IMG/VR virus record: IMGVR_UViG_3300005611_000021
Coordinates: 743-64,742 of that record
From: a virus
Taxonomy: Duplodnaviria > Caudoviricetes
Direction: 5' to 3' (one strand)
Length of the DNA: 64,000 nt
The position numbers and the translations under genes are program-made. The first letter of the stretch is position 1. Each line of letters starts with the position of its first letter. The notes under the pieces are model-generated. The model was given only the letters and a program-made list of their open reading frames with translations, had not been told where the DNA came from and searched no databases. Positions 24,874-33,846 of the stretch are shown here, in pieces.

Positions 24874-26504
24874 CTGAACCGAAAACACCAAGAGCGTCCT
24901 GGCTGGACAAAACCATTTCCTTCATAAACCCGGAAGCGGGACTCAAACGGAAGTATTACAAAGATCAACTCGAGTTTGCTTATGATGCGGCAAACTTAGG
25001 AAGGGCAGCGGCAACACTCGGGGGGACGGCTTCCCTTGCTGCTCCGGAATCCCTTGCCAACCAACGGGATCGCATCAAGATGATGTGGGAAGCCCGGAAT
25101 CTGGTGAACAACTACTCATTTTTCAAATCTATCCTTCTGAAGGAAGCGATGTATGTCTGTGGCCAGATTCGGTACCAGTCTCAAACCGGGAATCCCGATA
25201 TTGACCGTCAAATTGAAAGCTACTTTTCGGAATGGAGCAAGAGGTGTGATGTGACAGGCCGCTACCCTTTCCGGCATCTGGTTCAACTCGCTCACATGGG
25301 GATGCGGAGAGATGGTGATGCGGGTTTTGCATTGGTGACTCAAGGGAAGGATGTTTTTCTTCAGGCAATCGAGGCGGATCGCTTAGGAAACCCCCATGAG
25401 GGCGGGAAAAATGATGATACCTACATCGGGGGAATTACCATCGATAATCTTGGCCGCCCCCATCAGTACCGGATTTTCAAGCGGACCCTCCACGGACAAT
25501 ACACGAATCCAAGGGATGTCCCTAAGTCAAATTTCATCCATTACATAGACCCGCTGCGAGCGGATCAATACCGAGGGATCACAGCCTTTGAGACTGCGAT
25601 TCCTCATGCTAAGGACTTGTATGAGCTTCTGCAAATGGAAAAACTCGCGGTCAAATGGGCTTCCGCTCATGCGGGTGTCATTACCAAAGATGACCATGGT
25701 AAGGACAAGTGGAGCTCAACCCCGGCGGCTGCCCCTCCACAACCAGGAGATCCGCTTCAGAAGGGCAACCACTTGAATCTTGAGGCCGTGCACGCCGGGA
25801 AGCTCATTCGGCTTCGGCCTGGTGAGAGCATGGAGGCATTCAGCACGAGTTCCAGGCCATCAGCGACTTTCAATGGTTTCATCACAACGCTCGTCCGGGA
25901 GATGGCCAATGGCCTCAACCTTCCGTTTGCGTTTGTGTGGGATATGAGTGCATTTGGGGGTGCGACTGCCCGGCTTGAGGTGCAGGCCGCCCAGCGTGCT
26001 TTCATGAGGCATCAACAACTTCTTCAGGAGCAAGTCCTTGATCCAGTGAAGAACATTGTGATTTCTCGGGCTATCGCTTTCGGGGATCTACCGCCCAATG
26101 CCAATTACCGCAAAGGGCGCTGGCAGTTCAATTCCCAGATCACCGCTGATCTTGGTCATGAAACCCAGGCCAACCTTTCTCTTCTCGAGGCGGGTCTCAA
26201 GACTCGTGGAACTATCATCGGTGAAAGTGGCCGTGATTTCGAAGAAGAAATTGAAAAGATTGCCAAAGAAATCGCCTACATGGAGGAAATGAGCAGGAAA
26301 TACAAGATCCCACTCGCTCTCATCGCTAAGACTCTTGAAGGTGGCTCCAAGGCTATTGTGGATTATCGTGAAGCCCTCGCAAGTGAAGCGGAAGGTCAGG
26401 AGCCTTCAGATCATGATGCAGAGATCGCAGCGAAACAAACCATGGCACAAACGGCCGCTCAACTTCAGGCTCAGAATCAATTTGCACCCGCTCAACCCGA
26501 ATGA
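24870..26504 (+). CDS. Portal protein (lambda family)
   Basis: LQAIEADRL, GITIDNLGRPHQYRI, DQYRGIT, L.PGE, ARLE motifs; 544 aa. Confidence 0.95.
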   Translation: MTEPKTPRASWLDKTISFINPEAGLKRKYYKDQLEFAYDAANLGRAAATLGGTASLAAPESLANQRDRIKMMWEARNLVNNYSFFKSILLKEAMYVCGQIRYQSQTGNPDIDRQIESYFSEWSKRCDVTGRYPFRHLVQLAHMGMRRDGDAGFALVTQGKDVFLQAIEADRLGNPHEGGKNDDTYIGGITIDNLGRPHQYRIFKRTLHGQYTNPRDVPKSNFIHYIDPLRADQYRGITAFETAIPHAKDLYELLQMEKLAVKWASAHAGVITKDDHGKDKWSSTPAAAPPQPGDPLQKGNHLNLEAVHAGKLIRLRPGESMEAFSTSSRPSATFNGFITTLVREMANGLNLPFAFVWDMSAFGGATARLEVQAAQRAFMRHQQLLQEQVLDPVKNIVISRAIAFGDLPPNANYRKGRWQFNSQITADLGHETQANLSLLEAGLKTRGTIIGESGRDFEEEIEKIAKEIAYMEEMSRKYKIPLALIAKTLEGGSKAIVDYREALASEAEGQEPSDHDAEIAAKQTMAQTAAQLQAQNQFAPAQPE

Positions 26505-28291
26505 AAACCAAACAACCAGAAGAACGTAAGAGAGTAAATCCCCTACTTCCTGCCGCCGGCCTCGCGGTCGCAGCGGCTTTAGCAGGCCGATCCCCTTTAG
26601 GGAAGCGCATGGCTGTTCGTCGGGTTGCCAAACGCAAGCATGGCTCCATGATCGGAGACCGGGAATCTTCCGTTGTTCATAAGCAGAAGAAACAGAATTA
26701 CGATAAAGCTTATGCTCAGGAGCAGAAGACCCTTCGCACCCCTGTTCAGGAAGAGACATTGAAGGAAGCTGCGAAGTTCCGTGGCAAGCGGATTCCAAAG
26801 AGGCAACGTGCTGAAGGTGGTCCTCGTCGTAAGTCAGGTGAGCGAATCCAGGTCGGGAATGACAGTGAGGAAGTCTATGATGCGGTAAGAAAAGCTCCTA
26901 ATGACAGGGCGGCCAAGCGAATCCTGGCATCTCCTCAAATGAAGGATGCTCGCCAACAGGCAGGCCGTGAAGCTCAGGATAAGATTTCCGCATCTCAGGA
27001 GAAGAACAACCGGGAAGTGCAGCAAAAAATCGCTGAACAAGCAAACATTGATGCTCAGGAGCATGACATCAATAGGAAGAAGCTCGCTGAATACTATGAG
27101 AAGAACAAGGACAATCCGAAAATCAAGGCAAGAGTGCAGGGGCCGTTGAATGCGAATGAGCGCGCTGATGAGGCCGCTAATGCCGCTGTGAGGGGTAAGG
27201 TTGCTTTGGCTGGAGCCAAGGTGAAGCGAGCCAACACCTATAAGCATCAACAGAATTTAGCGAATCGGAAGATCAAGGCTGAGTTGAAGAAGCTAGGCAT
27301 TTCCATTGATTCTCCTGAAGGTCAAGCCTACGTTAATGGACCACAGGGCAAGGCGATCCGGGCTCAGTATAACAAGAAGGCCAAAACGACCCTCAAAACT
27401 CAATCCAAAAACAAGAAGGCCGCCAAAAAAAAGGATGAGGTCAAGCGGATTGAGGAAGCCAGGAGTCGTGTCCCAAAATCAGAGCAACTTGCGGCCGCTA
27501 AGAGAAGATATGTCACTTTGGCGAACAAAAGGAATGCAGATCCGGATAAAGTGAGTAAGGCCCGATCCGCCTATGCGAATCTTCGCGCTTCCATCCTTCA
27601 GGAGTTGGAGAAAAATGTTGGAAATCATTCTGCTGAAGATGCCGCTCTCTGGTACCAGCTCAGGGGGAAGAAGTTTGGTGGCAGGACTTCCATGCCAGGA
27701 GGGACACCAGAGCAAACCTTTCGAGCCAGGATGCGTGAGATTATGCTCGAAGAAGGTGAAAAGGATGGCCGTCGACGTATCCTTACTGGTGCAGGTCTTG
27801 GAGCGATTGGGGCGGCTGCTGCGACAGATCGCCTCTACCGGGATCTTGATGCTCGTCGCACCCACAATAAGCCTCGAGCCACAAAAGGCGTTGATCCTGA
27901 TGAATTTATCCGCCCCTCCCGTGTCGATCCTGGCATCGAGGAATATGAAGGGATGAATGCGGCTATCGAGAAAGGCCGAAAGGCAGCGGGCAAGAAGACC
28001 AAGAAGGAATTCAAAGGTCGTGGAAAGGCTGAAGCCATCGAAAGAAGTATGAATGATGCTGAAAAGAGCATCCGGGAATCCCACCCGAAGACAGCTCGAC
28101 GCACTGGGGCATGGGCGCGAGGAGAGAAGCCTCTCCTGGGGAAGGATGCCCCAACTGGGTATCGGAGTCGCTTTCTCAAGAAGGCGGGTGCTCGAGCCGC
28201 TGCGTTGACTGGTGGAGGGGTAATAGCTGGAGCGGTTTACCATGGCATTAAGAAAGCAACAGAAAATGCGAAAAAGAGGAAGCAATCTTGA
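26501..28291 (+). CDS. Large basic Gly-zipper protein
   Basis: 596 aa K/R/A-rich; three hydrophobic Gly/Ala helices. Confidence 0.75.
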   Translation: MKTKQPEERKRVNPLLPAAGLAVAAALAGRSPLGKRMAVRRVAKRKHGSMIGDRESSVVHKQKKQNYDKAYAQEQKTLRTPVQEETLKEAAKFRGKRIPKRQRAEGGPRRKSGERIQVGNDSEEVYDAVRKAPNDRAAKRILASPQMKDARQQAGREAQDKISASQEKNNREVQQKIAEQANIDAQEHDINRKKLAEYYEKNKDNPKIKARVQGPLNANERADEAANAAVRGKVALAGAKVKRANTYKHQQNLANRKIKAELKKLGISIDSPEGQAYVNGPQGKAIRAQYNKKAKTTLKTQSKNKKAAKKKDEVKRIEEARSRVPKSEQLAAAKRRYVTLANKRNADPDKVSKARSAYANLRASILQELEKNVGNHSAEDAALWYQLRGKKFGGRTSMPGGTPEQTFRARMREIMLEEGEKDGRRRILTGAGLGAIGAAAATDRLYRDLDARRTHNKPRATKGVDPDEFIRPSRVDPGIEEYEGMNAAIEKGRKAAGKKTKKEFKGRGKAEAIERSMNDAEKSIRESHPKTARRTGAWARGEKPLLGKDAPTGYRSRFLKKAGARAAALTGGGVIAGAVYHGIKKATENAKKRKQS

Positions 28292-28940
28292 ATTTGAAGA
28301 TGGGGTCTCCATTAAGGAGGCTCGCGGGATGCGCCGCCAAGCCCAAAGAGCAGTCAAGCATGGCCGCTTTGCCGGTGAGGTAGTCAAGGATCTTGATGAG
28401 CTCCGTACCGGGGAACGTCGCAACAAACGGAAGAAGCGTTTCTGGGAGAAGAAATCCGTCCAGGATGCCGCGGCCGCCCATCTTTTGACCATTGGTGCGA
28501 TTGGTGCGTATGCAGGTCGCAAGCATATCCATGGTGCGGGAAAGAAGATTGCCGAACATCTACTTGAAGATCCCACCCTCAAGCCAACTCTTCAGAGACG
28601 TGGTGATGGCTGGTATATGACCAAGCCAACCTCTTCTTCTGTTCGTGTCCATACCACAGGCCGCAAGCGGGTTCGCCGTGGCAAGTATTGGCACGAGAGG
28701 AAGGATAACCGGGATAAGATGCTCGGAGCCGCTACCCTTGCGGCCGTCACAGGTATCCCCGCTGCCTATTTGCTCGGAAAGCGAAAAGGGATCAAGGTTC
28801 GCAAATCTAAGCAAAAGCCGATTCACACCACAAAGACAATTCACGCTCATGGAACTGATGCAAAAGGTGTTAGTGACACTTTAACCGAAACCCCGATTAA
28901 GCCTTATGTCGTTAAAAAAACCGAAGAAGCAAGAAAGTAA
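28242..28940 (+). CDS. Basic Gly-zipper protein with LEF motif (start may be 28266)
   Basis: RKRGSNLEFEDG; TIGAIGAYAG; MLGAATLAAVTG. Confidence 0.7.
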   Translation: MALRKQQKMRKRGSNLEFEDGVSIKEARGMRRQAQRAVKHGRFAGEVVKDLDELRTGERRNKRKKRFWEKKSVQDAAAAHLLTIGAIGAYAGRKHIHGAGKKIAEHLLEDPTLKPTLQRRGDGWYMTKPTSSSVRVHTTGRKRVRRGKYWHERKDNRDKMLGAATLAAVTGIPAAYLLGKRKGIKVRKSKQKPIHTTKTIHAHGTDAKGVSDTLTETPIKPYVVKKTEEARK

Positions 28941-29006
28941 GCCTAAGCAGGATTCCGCGAAATCCGGAAAGCCTTTCCTTGGTGTATTCAAAATCAAATT
29001 CGGATC

Positions 29007-29645
29007 ATGAGAGTATGGAAATCCAATGTTGAGCCGCCTTTAGGTTGGGAAGTGAATCCTGATCTCTCCAGGCGTTATGGCCGAACGATCATTACTGAAA
29101 CCATTGAGCAATCCAAGATCCAGAAAGTCCGGAAGCGTAAGGGGCTTATGGCTTTGTTCGAGGAGCGGAAGCAGGAATCTCCGGAAGATCGTCGACGGAA
29201 AGCCTTGGTTGCCGCCGGGGTCGCAGCGGGAACGATCGGGTCAGGGGCAGGAATGTGGAAGATTGGCCATGACCGTGCTGTTTTGGATGACTATGAGCGA
29301 AGGCTAAAGCGTCATGATAAGAATCTCACTGATACGGAAAATCGCCTTCGTTCTGAGCGTGAAGGGATGGAGGCATCCAAATCCCGCTCTCAAGTGCAAA
29401 AGGACTTCAAGGGAAACACAGACGCCCTTCCTCCAACTATGCGGCCTGGTGGTGATAAGCGAAAGCAATACAGGGAGGAACGCCTCGGTAAGGTCATGGG
29501 GGTTGGCCACATTAAGGATCGTGGACGCCGGAAAGCTGTCCGGGGAAAATGGAAGAATGGCAAGTTTATCCCTCAAAAGAGCATCCTTCAATACATCCTT
29601 CCAGACAAGCGAATCCCCAAGGTGTTGTCAGGGCTACACCGTTGA
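29007..29645 (+). CDS. Basic Gly-zipper protein
   Basis: GLMALFEE; LVAAGVAAGTIGSGAG. Confidence 0.7.
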   Translation: MRVWKSNVEPPLGWEVNPDLSRRYGRTIITETIEQSKIQKVRKRKGLMALFEERKQESPEDRRRKALVAAGVAAGTIGSGAGMWKIGHDRAVLDDYERRLKRHDKNLTDTENRLRSEREGMEASKSRSQVQKDFKGNTDALPPTMRPGGDKRKQYREERLGKVMGVGHIKDRGRRKAVRGKWKNGKFIPQKSILQYILPDKRIPKVLSGLHR

Positions 29646-29647
29646 CT
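29641..29647 (+). promoter_or_regulatory. GTTGACT motif
   Basis: 21 nt before ATG 29662. Confidence 0.55.
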
Positions 29648-29661
29648 TTTAATCCATTGCC

Positions 29662-31503
29662 ATGAATCACAACAATGTCATTTCTTTGCCTGGGTCCGGT
29701 GTTATTGAGGCCGGTGATGCCCTTGTCATCAATTCCGCGGGAAAAGCTTCTCGCCCTGGCAATGATGATTTTAAGGAAAAGCATATTGGGGTCGCGTTGC
29801 AGGATTTTGATAGCTCAGAGTCTTCCATGGCGGTTGATATCCAACTTTTTTGCCATGCGTCCGTTGCGAATGTGAATCTTGATGGCCTCATTGAGCCAGG
29901 AGATGCCGTGGCCGTGGAAAGTGAGAGTCACATCCTGGTTCCTCTTGGTGATCCTCTCCCTGACAATCAGCGTCAGGTTGGAGTCTCTTTGACGAGTGTG
30001 ACGGCCGCCGGGGTGCATTCCATTGATCTTTTGATCCAAGAACGTGTTGGCCTTGGTGTCTATGTAAGTGGAGTTCCTATCCAGCAGTTGTCCGTACCGC
30101 CTGGAATTCCTGATACTGGTACGATGGGAATGGTCGGTAGCCCCGCGGGAACCCCAACTTTCAACACCGTTCCACGTCCTCTACCTGCTGACAATTCAGG
30201 GAATCCGGGGTCTATGACCCTTGAGGGATCACACCCAACTGGCACCATTAGTCCTGTTGTGATTCAGATACCAGGCGACAATTCAGGAAATCCAGGGTCC
30301 ATGACTCTTGAAGGGTCACATCCAACCCACTCCGCTCTCAATAGTGTCACTCCCATACCTACTGCTACCACATGGACAGGGGAAAGTGCGGATGATCGCT
30401 TTGGTTGGGATGTCGGTATGGATGAACAAGGTTATACGGTTGCGATTGGAGCCAGTTACCGCAGTAGTCAGGATGGAGAGGTTTATACCCATTACTTCGA
30501 TGGTGGATCTTGGCAGGCTGGTGACACCATGACTGGGCCAACTGATGGAGAGCTTGGTCGCTCATTGGCCGTTAGTAAGGATGGTTCTCACATGGTCATC
30601 GCTGGCCCGCAGTTTAATAATCGTGGCCATGCTGAAGTCTGGGAGCAGACATCTCCCGGTACATGGTCCCTGAAATACACTTTTACCGCTGTCCAACTTC
30701 CCAATGTGGGAGGTCAGTTTAATGTGAATCGGAATGTGGCGATTTCTGCTGATGGGTCTCGAGTCGTGATCGGGGAACCGATGGCGAATATCGGCCTCTC
30801 AGACAATGGGCAGGTGCGAGTATTTGAGTGGAATGGAACAACCGCTTATGCTCAGATTGGACAGACAATCGTAGGTGCGGCCTCTAAGGATTCTTTTGGT
30901 TATGCCGTGGATATCATTGATGACGGTAGCAAGATTGTTGTAGGTGCGCCTCAACGAACTGCTGATGATCCATTCGGGTACATCCATCTCTATGAATACG
31001 ATGGGGTGGATACCTGGACCCTTGATGACTCTATCGCTGCAACCTCTAATTATGAGTTTGGTTACAGTGTATCAATTTCAGGTGATGGAACCTGGCTCGC
31101 GGTAGGAAATCCTCTTCGCCTTTCCAATAATGGTGGATTTCAGATCTACAAGTATGTCGGAGGTTCTTTTGATGTTGCAAATGTGACGACTTGGGGCGGG
31201 GCAGGGCGAACCGGTGAATCTCTCTCCATTAGCACGAATGGCGATAAGTTGATCGTTGGAAAACCTGAATCCAGTGCAGGTGCAGCCGGGGTTTATTCTC
31301 GCTCGGGAGATACCTGGTCCAAAGTTTCTGATGTGAGTACACCAACAGGCTTGGATGCGGGGGATGGTCATTTTGGCTACCGGGTCGCGATCTCCGGTGA
31401 TGGGAATGTTGCGATTGTCGGTGGATACACCTGGGATTCTAATGGGGCGGCTTGGTTGCTGGTTCTTGATGGAAGTGACCCGATCGTTCCAATCCCTGTG
31501 TAG
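29662..31503 (+). CDS. Capsid-cement (DUF2190-like) domain fused to a 7-bladed FG-GAP-like beta-propeller
   Basis: MNHNNVISLP N-terminus shared with 31977 and 33466; seven FGxxVA(I/M)SxDGxxxxxGxP-type blades. Confidence 0.75.
   Translation: MNHNNVISLPGSGVIEAGDALVINSAGKASRPGNDDFKEKHIGVALQDFDSSESSMAVDIQLFCHASVANVNLDGLIEPGDAVAVESESHILVPLGDPLPDNQRQVGVSLTSVTAAGVHSIDLLIQERVGLGVYVSGVPIQQLSVPPGIPDTGTMGMVGSPAGTPTFNTVPRPLPADNSGNPGSMTLEGSHPTGTISPVVIQIPGDNSGNPGSMTLEGSHPTHSALNSVTPIPTATTWTGESADDRFGWDVGMDEQGYTVAIGASYRSSQDGEVYTHYFDGGSWQAGDTMTGPTDGELGRSLAVSKDGSHMVIAGPQFNNRGHAEVWEQTSPGTWSLKYTFTAVQLPNVGGQFNVNRNVAISADGSRVVIGEPMANIGLSDNGQVRVFEWNGTTAYAQIGQTIVGAASKDSFGYAVDIIDDGSKIVVGAPQRTADDPFGYIHLYEYDGVDTWTLDDSIAATSNYEFGYSVSISGDGTWLAVGNPLRLSNNGGFQIYKYVGGSFDVANVTTWGGAGRTGESLSISTNGDKLIVGKPESSAGAAGVYSRSGDTWSKVSDVSTPTGLDAGDGHFGYRVAISGDGNVAIVGGYTWDSNGAAWLLVLDGSDPIVPIPV
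30190..30327 (+). repeat. Two copies of 17-aa DNSGNPGSMTLEGSHPT (87-nt period)
   Basis: Identical peptide, DNA differs at wobble positions (30190-30240, 30277-30327). Confidence 0.9.
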
Positions 31504-31509
31504 TTGACA
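31503..31509 (+). promoter_or_regulatory. GTTGACA motif
   Basis: At the previous stop codon; 36 nt before ATG 31539. Confidence 0.4.
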
Positions 31510-31538
31510 CTTTAACTTGATGAAACAAAAGACTTACT

Positions 31539-31976
31539 ATGCCATTAACTATCGGAAGCACTCAACTTGACAACATCCTGGCCGCCATTGTGGCGCAGCT
31601 TGCTACACCCGGCGCTACGATTCGCCTCTTTAATTCTGGAGACGACACCATCTATGTTGAGGCTAATATCGCTGACTTTGTTTCCCTTAATGCTGGTAAC
31701 ACTTTGTTTGTCGCTTTCAATTTTGCGGCGGGTACCACTTTTGGGCATCACACGAATGGTTCGGATCTCGTTGCAAACACCTGGGCGGTTTACAATGGTT
31801 CCTCAGAGCAGATTTTCTATGAGTCTCTTGGTGCCGATATTACCATCGGTGACTATGAGGAAGCTGTTTTCGACAACAATGGAAACAACAATAATGCCAA
31901 TGATAATGAGGGCAATGTTGATGCCAACTGGTGTAATGATGATGGCGATTTTGTACTCAAACTGACTATTTCCTAA
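31539..31976 (+). CDS. Hypothetical virion protein
   Basis: 145 aa acidic/Asn-rich ORF in the head module. Confidence 0.65.
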   Translation: MPLTIGSTQLDNILAAIVAQLATPGATIRLFNSGDDTIYVEANIADFVSLNAGNTLFVAFNFAAGTTFGHHTNGSDLVANTWAVYNGSSEQIFYESLGADITIGDYEEAVFDNNGNNNNANDNEGNVDANWCNDDGDFVLKLTIS

Positions 31977-32336
31977 GTGAATCACAATAACGTCATATCC
32001 CTTCCCGCTGGAGCCGCTGCCCTTCAAGGTCAGTTGGTGGAAGTGAATTCAGACGGGCAAGCCATTCCTTTTAGTGGTTCCTCAATCAAAGAGAAGGCCA
32101 TTGGTGTCGTCCTTCATGATGTTGATCCCTCGGAGATTGGTGATGCCATTGCGGTTCATTTGTTCACTGGGATCTTCATTGGCGAAGCCCAGGGACCTAT
32201 TGAGGTCGGTGATATTGTTGGAACACAAGATGCCAGTGCGTATCTCAAGAATTCCGGAACCCTTCGTCAGCTCGGTGTTGCCCTGGATGCCATCGAGGAT
32301 AATAGCCGCTGTCTCATCCGTGTCGTAGCGTCGTAA
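31977..32336 (+). CDS. Capsid cement/decoration protein (DUF2190-like), paralogue 2
   Basis: GTG start, MNHNNVISLP; AIGVVLHD; GPIEVGD; LGVALD. Confidence 0.75.
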   Translation: MNHNNVISLPAGAAALQGQLVEVNSDGQAIPFSGSSIKEKAIGVVLHDVDPSEIGDAIAVHLFTGIFIGEAQGPIEVGDIVGTQDASAYLKNSGTLRQLGVALDAIEDNSRCLIRVVAS

Positions 32337-32347
32337 CCCGCGAGAGA

Positions 32348-33433
32348 ATGAAAGATTTGATTTTTTTCCACGCCATTGATGGCCGCATTGATGAAGCTAA
32401 TGGCATTATTTCTGGGGTTTCCCTTATTACTATGGGGAATGCTCGCGGTCACAACCTTGAGGTTGATGAGACCACTCTCAATCAACTCAAGCTTTCTCTT
32501 GATAATACCGCTGAACCAGGGATCAAGGCGAAACTGAATCACCGAACAGGGGTGGAGGCTGTCTTTGGTTATATCAAAAACTTTCATGTCGTTGGTAATA
32601 AGTTGACGGGAGACCTTCACATGCTGAAGGCTCACAAGGACTACAATCAAACCATGGAGCAAATTAAAACCCTACCGAAGCAAATTGGCCTCTCTGTGGC
32701 GTTCCAAGGTGACAAGGAACCCGGTGCGGATGGGAAAGTTTACGCTCGGTGCAAAAGAATTGTATCCGTTGATTTGGTTGCAGATCCCGCTGCCAACCCA
32801 GACGGTATGTTTGAAGTGAAAGTTGACAAAGGAACGCAGAATATGGAACTCGAAGAACAACTCAAGGCTATCATAGATGGCCAACAGAAAATCAACGACC
32901 GCCTTGATGGTCTTGAGCAGTTTAATGCAGACATCTCAGATGCCATCGAGTTGAATCTTGGTGAGCTTGAAGAAGATGACTACGAAGACGACGACTACGG
33001 AGACGTTGAGTATGAAGACGACGACGACTACGAAGACGACGACTATGAGGACGTTGAGTATTCTGCCATCGATGACATGCTGACTTACCTCGAAGCGAAA
33101 GCTGATGGGGCCATGCAAGCTGAAGAAGATGCCCGTTTTGATGCGGCCTTCGATGTGATTGAGGACAAGGTTGCTCAACTCGCCATCCAAAATGAAGAAC
33201 TTCAACTTCAAAATGAAGCTCTCCAGGAAGCTCTCGAGATGGATGCCATTGAGCCTCTTGCACCTTCCTCTGAAGCTTACCTTTTTTCTTCCGGTGCGGA
33301 AGACGGAACTTTTGAGTTTGCGGTTCAGACCGCGACTGAACATGCTGAAACCCCACAGGATGCAATTCGTACGGCCGTGACCAACAATCCTGTTGCTCAC
33401 CGCGAATGGCTCCAGCGTCAGGGCATTCTTTAA
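32348..33433 (+). CDS. Prohead protease (HK97/T4 gp21-like) fused to acidic scaffold
   Basis: Candidate catalytic KLNH, GLS, SVDLVADPA; acidic coiled-coil C-terminal half. Confidence 0.85.
   Translation: MKDLIFFHAIDGRIDEANGIISGVSLITMGNARGHNLEVDETTLNQLKLSLDNTAEPGIKAKLNHRTGVEAVFGYIKNFHVVGNKLTGDLHMLKAHKDYNQTMEQIKTLPKQIGLSVAFQGDKEPGADGKVYARCKRIVSVDLVADPAANPDGMFEVKVDKGTQNMELEEQLKAIIDGQQKINDRLDGLEQFNADISDAIELNLGELEEDDYEDDDYGDVEYEDDDDYEDDDYEDVEYSAIDDMLTYLEAKADGAMQAEEDARFDAAFDVIEDKVAQLAIQNEELQLQNEALQEALEMDAIEPLAPSSEAYLFSSGAEDGTFEFAVQTATEHAETPQDAIRTAVTNNPVAHREWLQRQGIL
32822..32828 (+). promoter_or_regulatory. GTTGACA motif inside the protease gene
   Basis: 21 nt before the in-frame ATG at 32843. Confidence 0.55.
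32843..33433 (+). CDS. Nested scaffold protein (internal in-frame start)
   Basis: MELEEQLKAII...; begins right after the protease domain, as lambda Nu3 does within C. Confidence 0.6.
   Translation: MELEEQLKAIIDGQQKINDRLDGLEQFNADISDAIELNLGELEEDDYEDDDYGDVEYEDDDDYEDDDYEDVEYSAIDDMLTYLEAKADGAMQAEEDARFDAAFDVIEDKVAQLAIQNEELQLQNEALQEALEMDAIEPLAPSSEAYLFSSGAEDGTFEFAVQTATEHAETPQDAIRTAVTNNPVAHREWLQRQGIL
32972..33061 (+). repeat. Imperfect tandem duplication encoding (E)DDYEDDDY(G/E)DVEY x2
   Basis: Visible in both DNA and protein. Confidence 0.8.
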
Positions 33434-33465
33434 TTTTACCTACCAAAAAGAAAGGACTCAGGTAA

Positions 33466-33834
33466 ATGAATCACAATAATGTAATTTCACTCCCAACCGA
33501 CTTGACCTCGACCTATGTGGCCGGGGATCTCGTGTCGCTCAACTCTCAAGGGCAAGCCGTTCCTAATTCTGGATCTGGTGTGGCTCTGGGGGTCGTTCTT
33601 CATGATGTCCAGGCTACGGAAACAGGTCGCCCGGTTGATCTCCAGTTACTTGGTGGAGGCGGTATCGCCCTCATCAATGGTACTGGCGCTATCAACAAGG
33701 GGGATCACGTAGGCTATGGGTCAGGCGCTCCAAAGAAAGTTATTTCTGGTAATGGGGCGACAACTAAAATCGGCATTGCCCAGGAATCTCTTGGTGCGGA
33801 TGTCGATGGTCTCATCCGTGTAATCCTTCTTTAA
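33466..33834 (+). CDS. Capsid cement/decoration protein (DUF2190-like), paralogue 3
   Basis: MNHNNVISLP; ALGVVLHD; GAINKGD; IGIAQE; directly upstream of the major capsid gene. Confidence 0.8.
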   Translation: MNHNNVISLPTDLTSTYVAGDLVSLNSQGQAVPNSGSGVALGVVLHDVQATETGRPVDLQLLGGGGIALINGTGAINKGDHVGYGSGAPKKVISGNGATTKIGIAQESLGADVDGLIRVILL

Positions 33835-33846
33835 TCCACCAGACAA

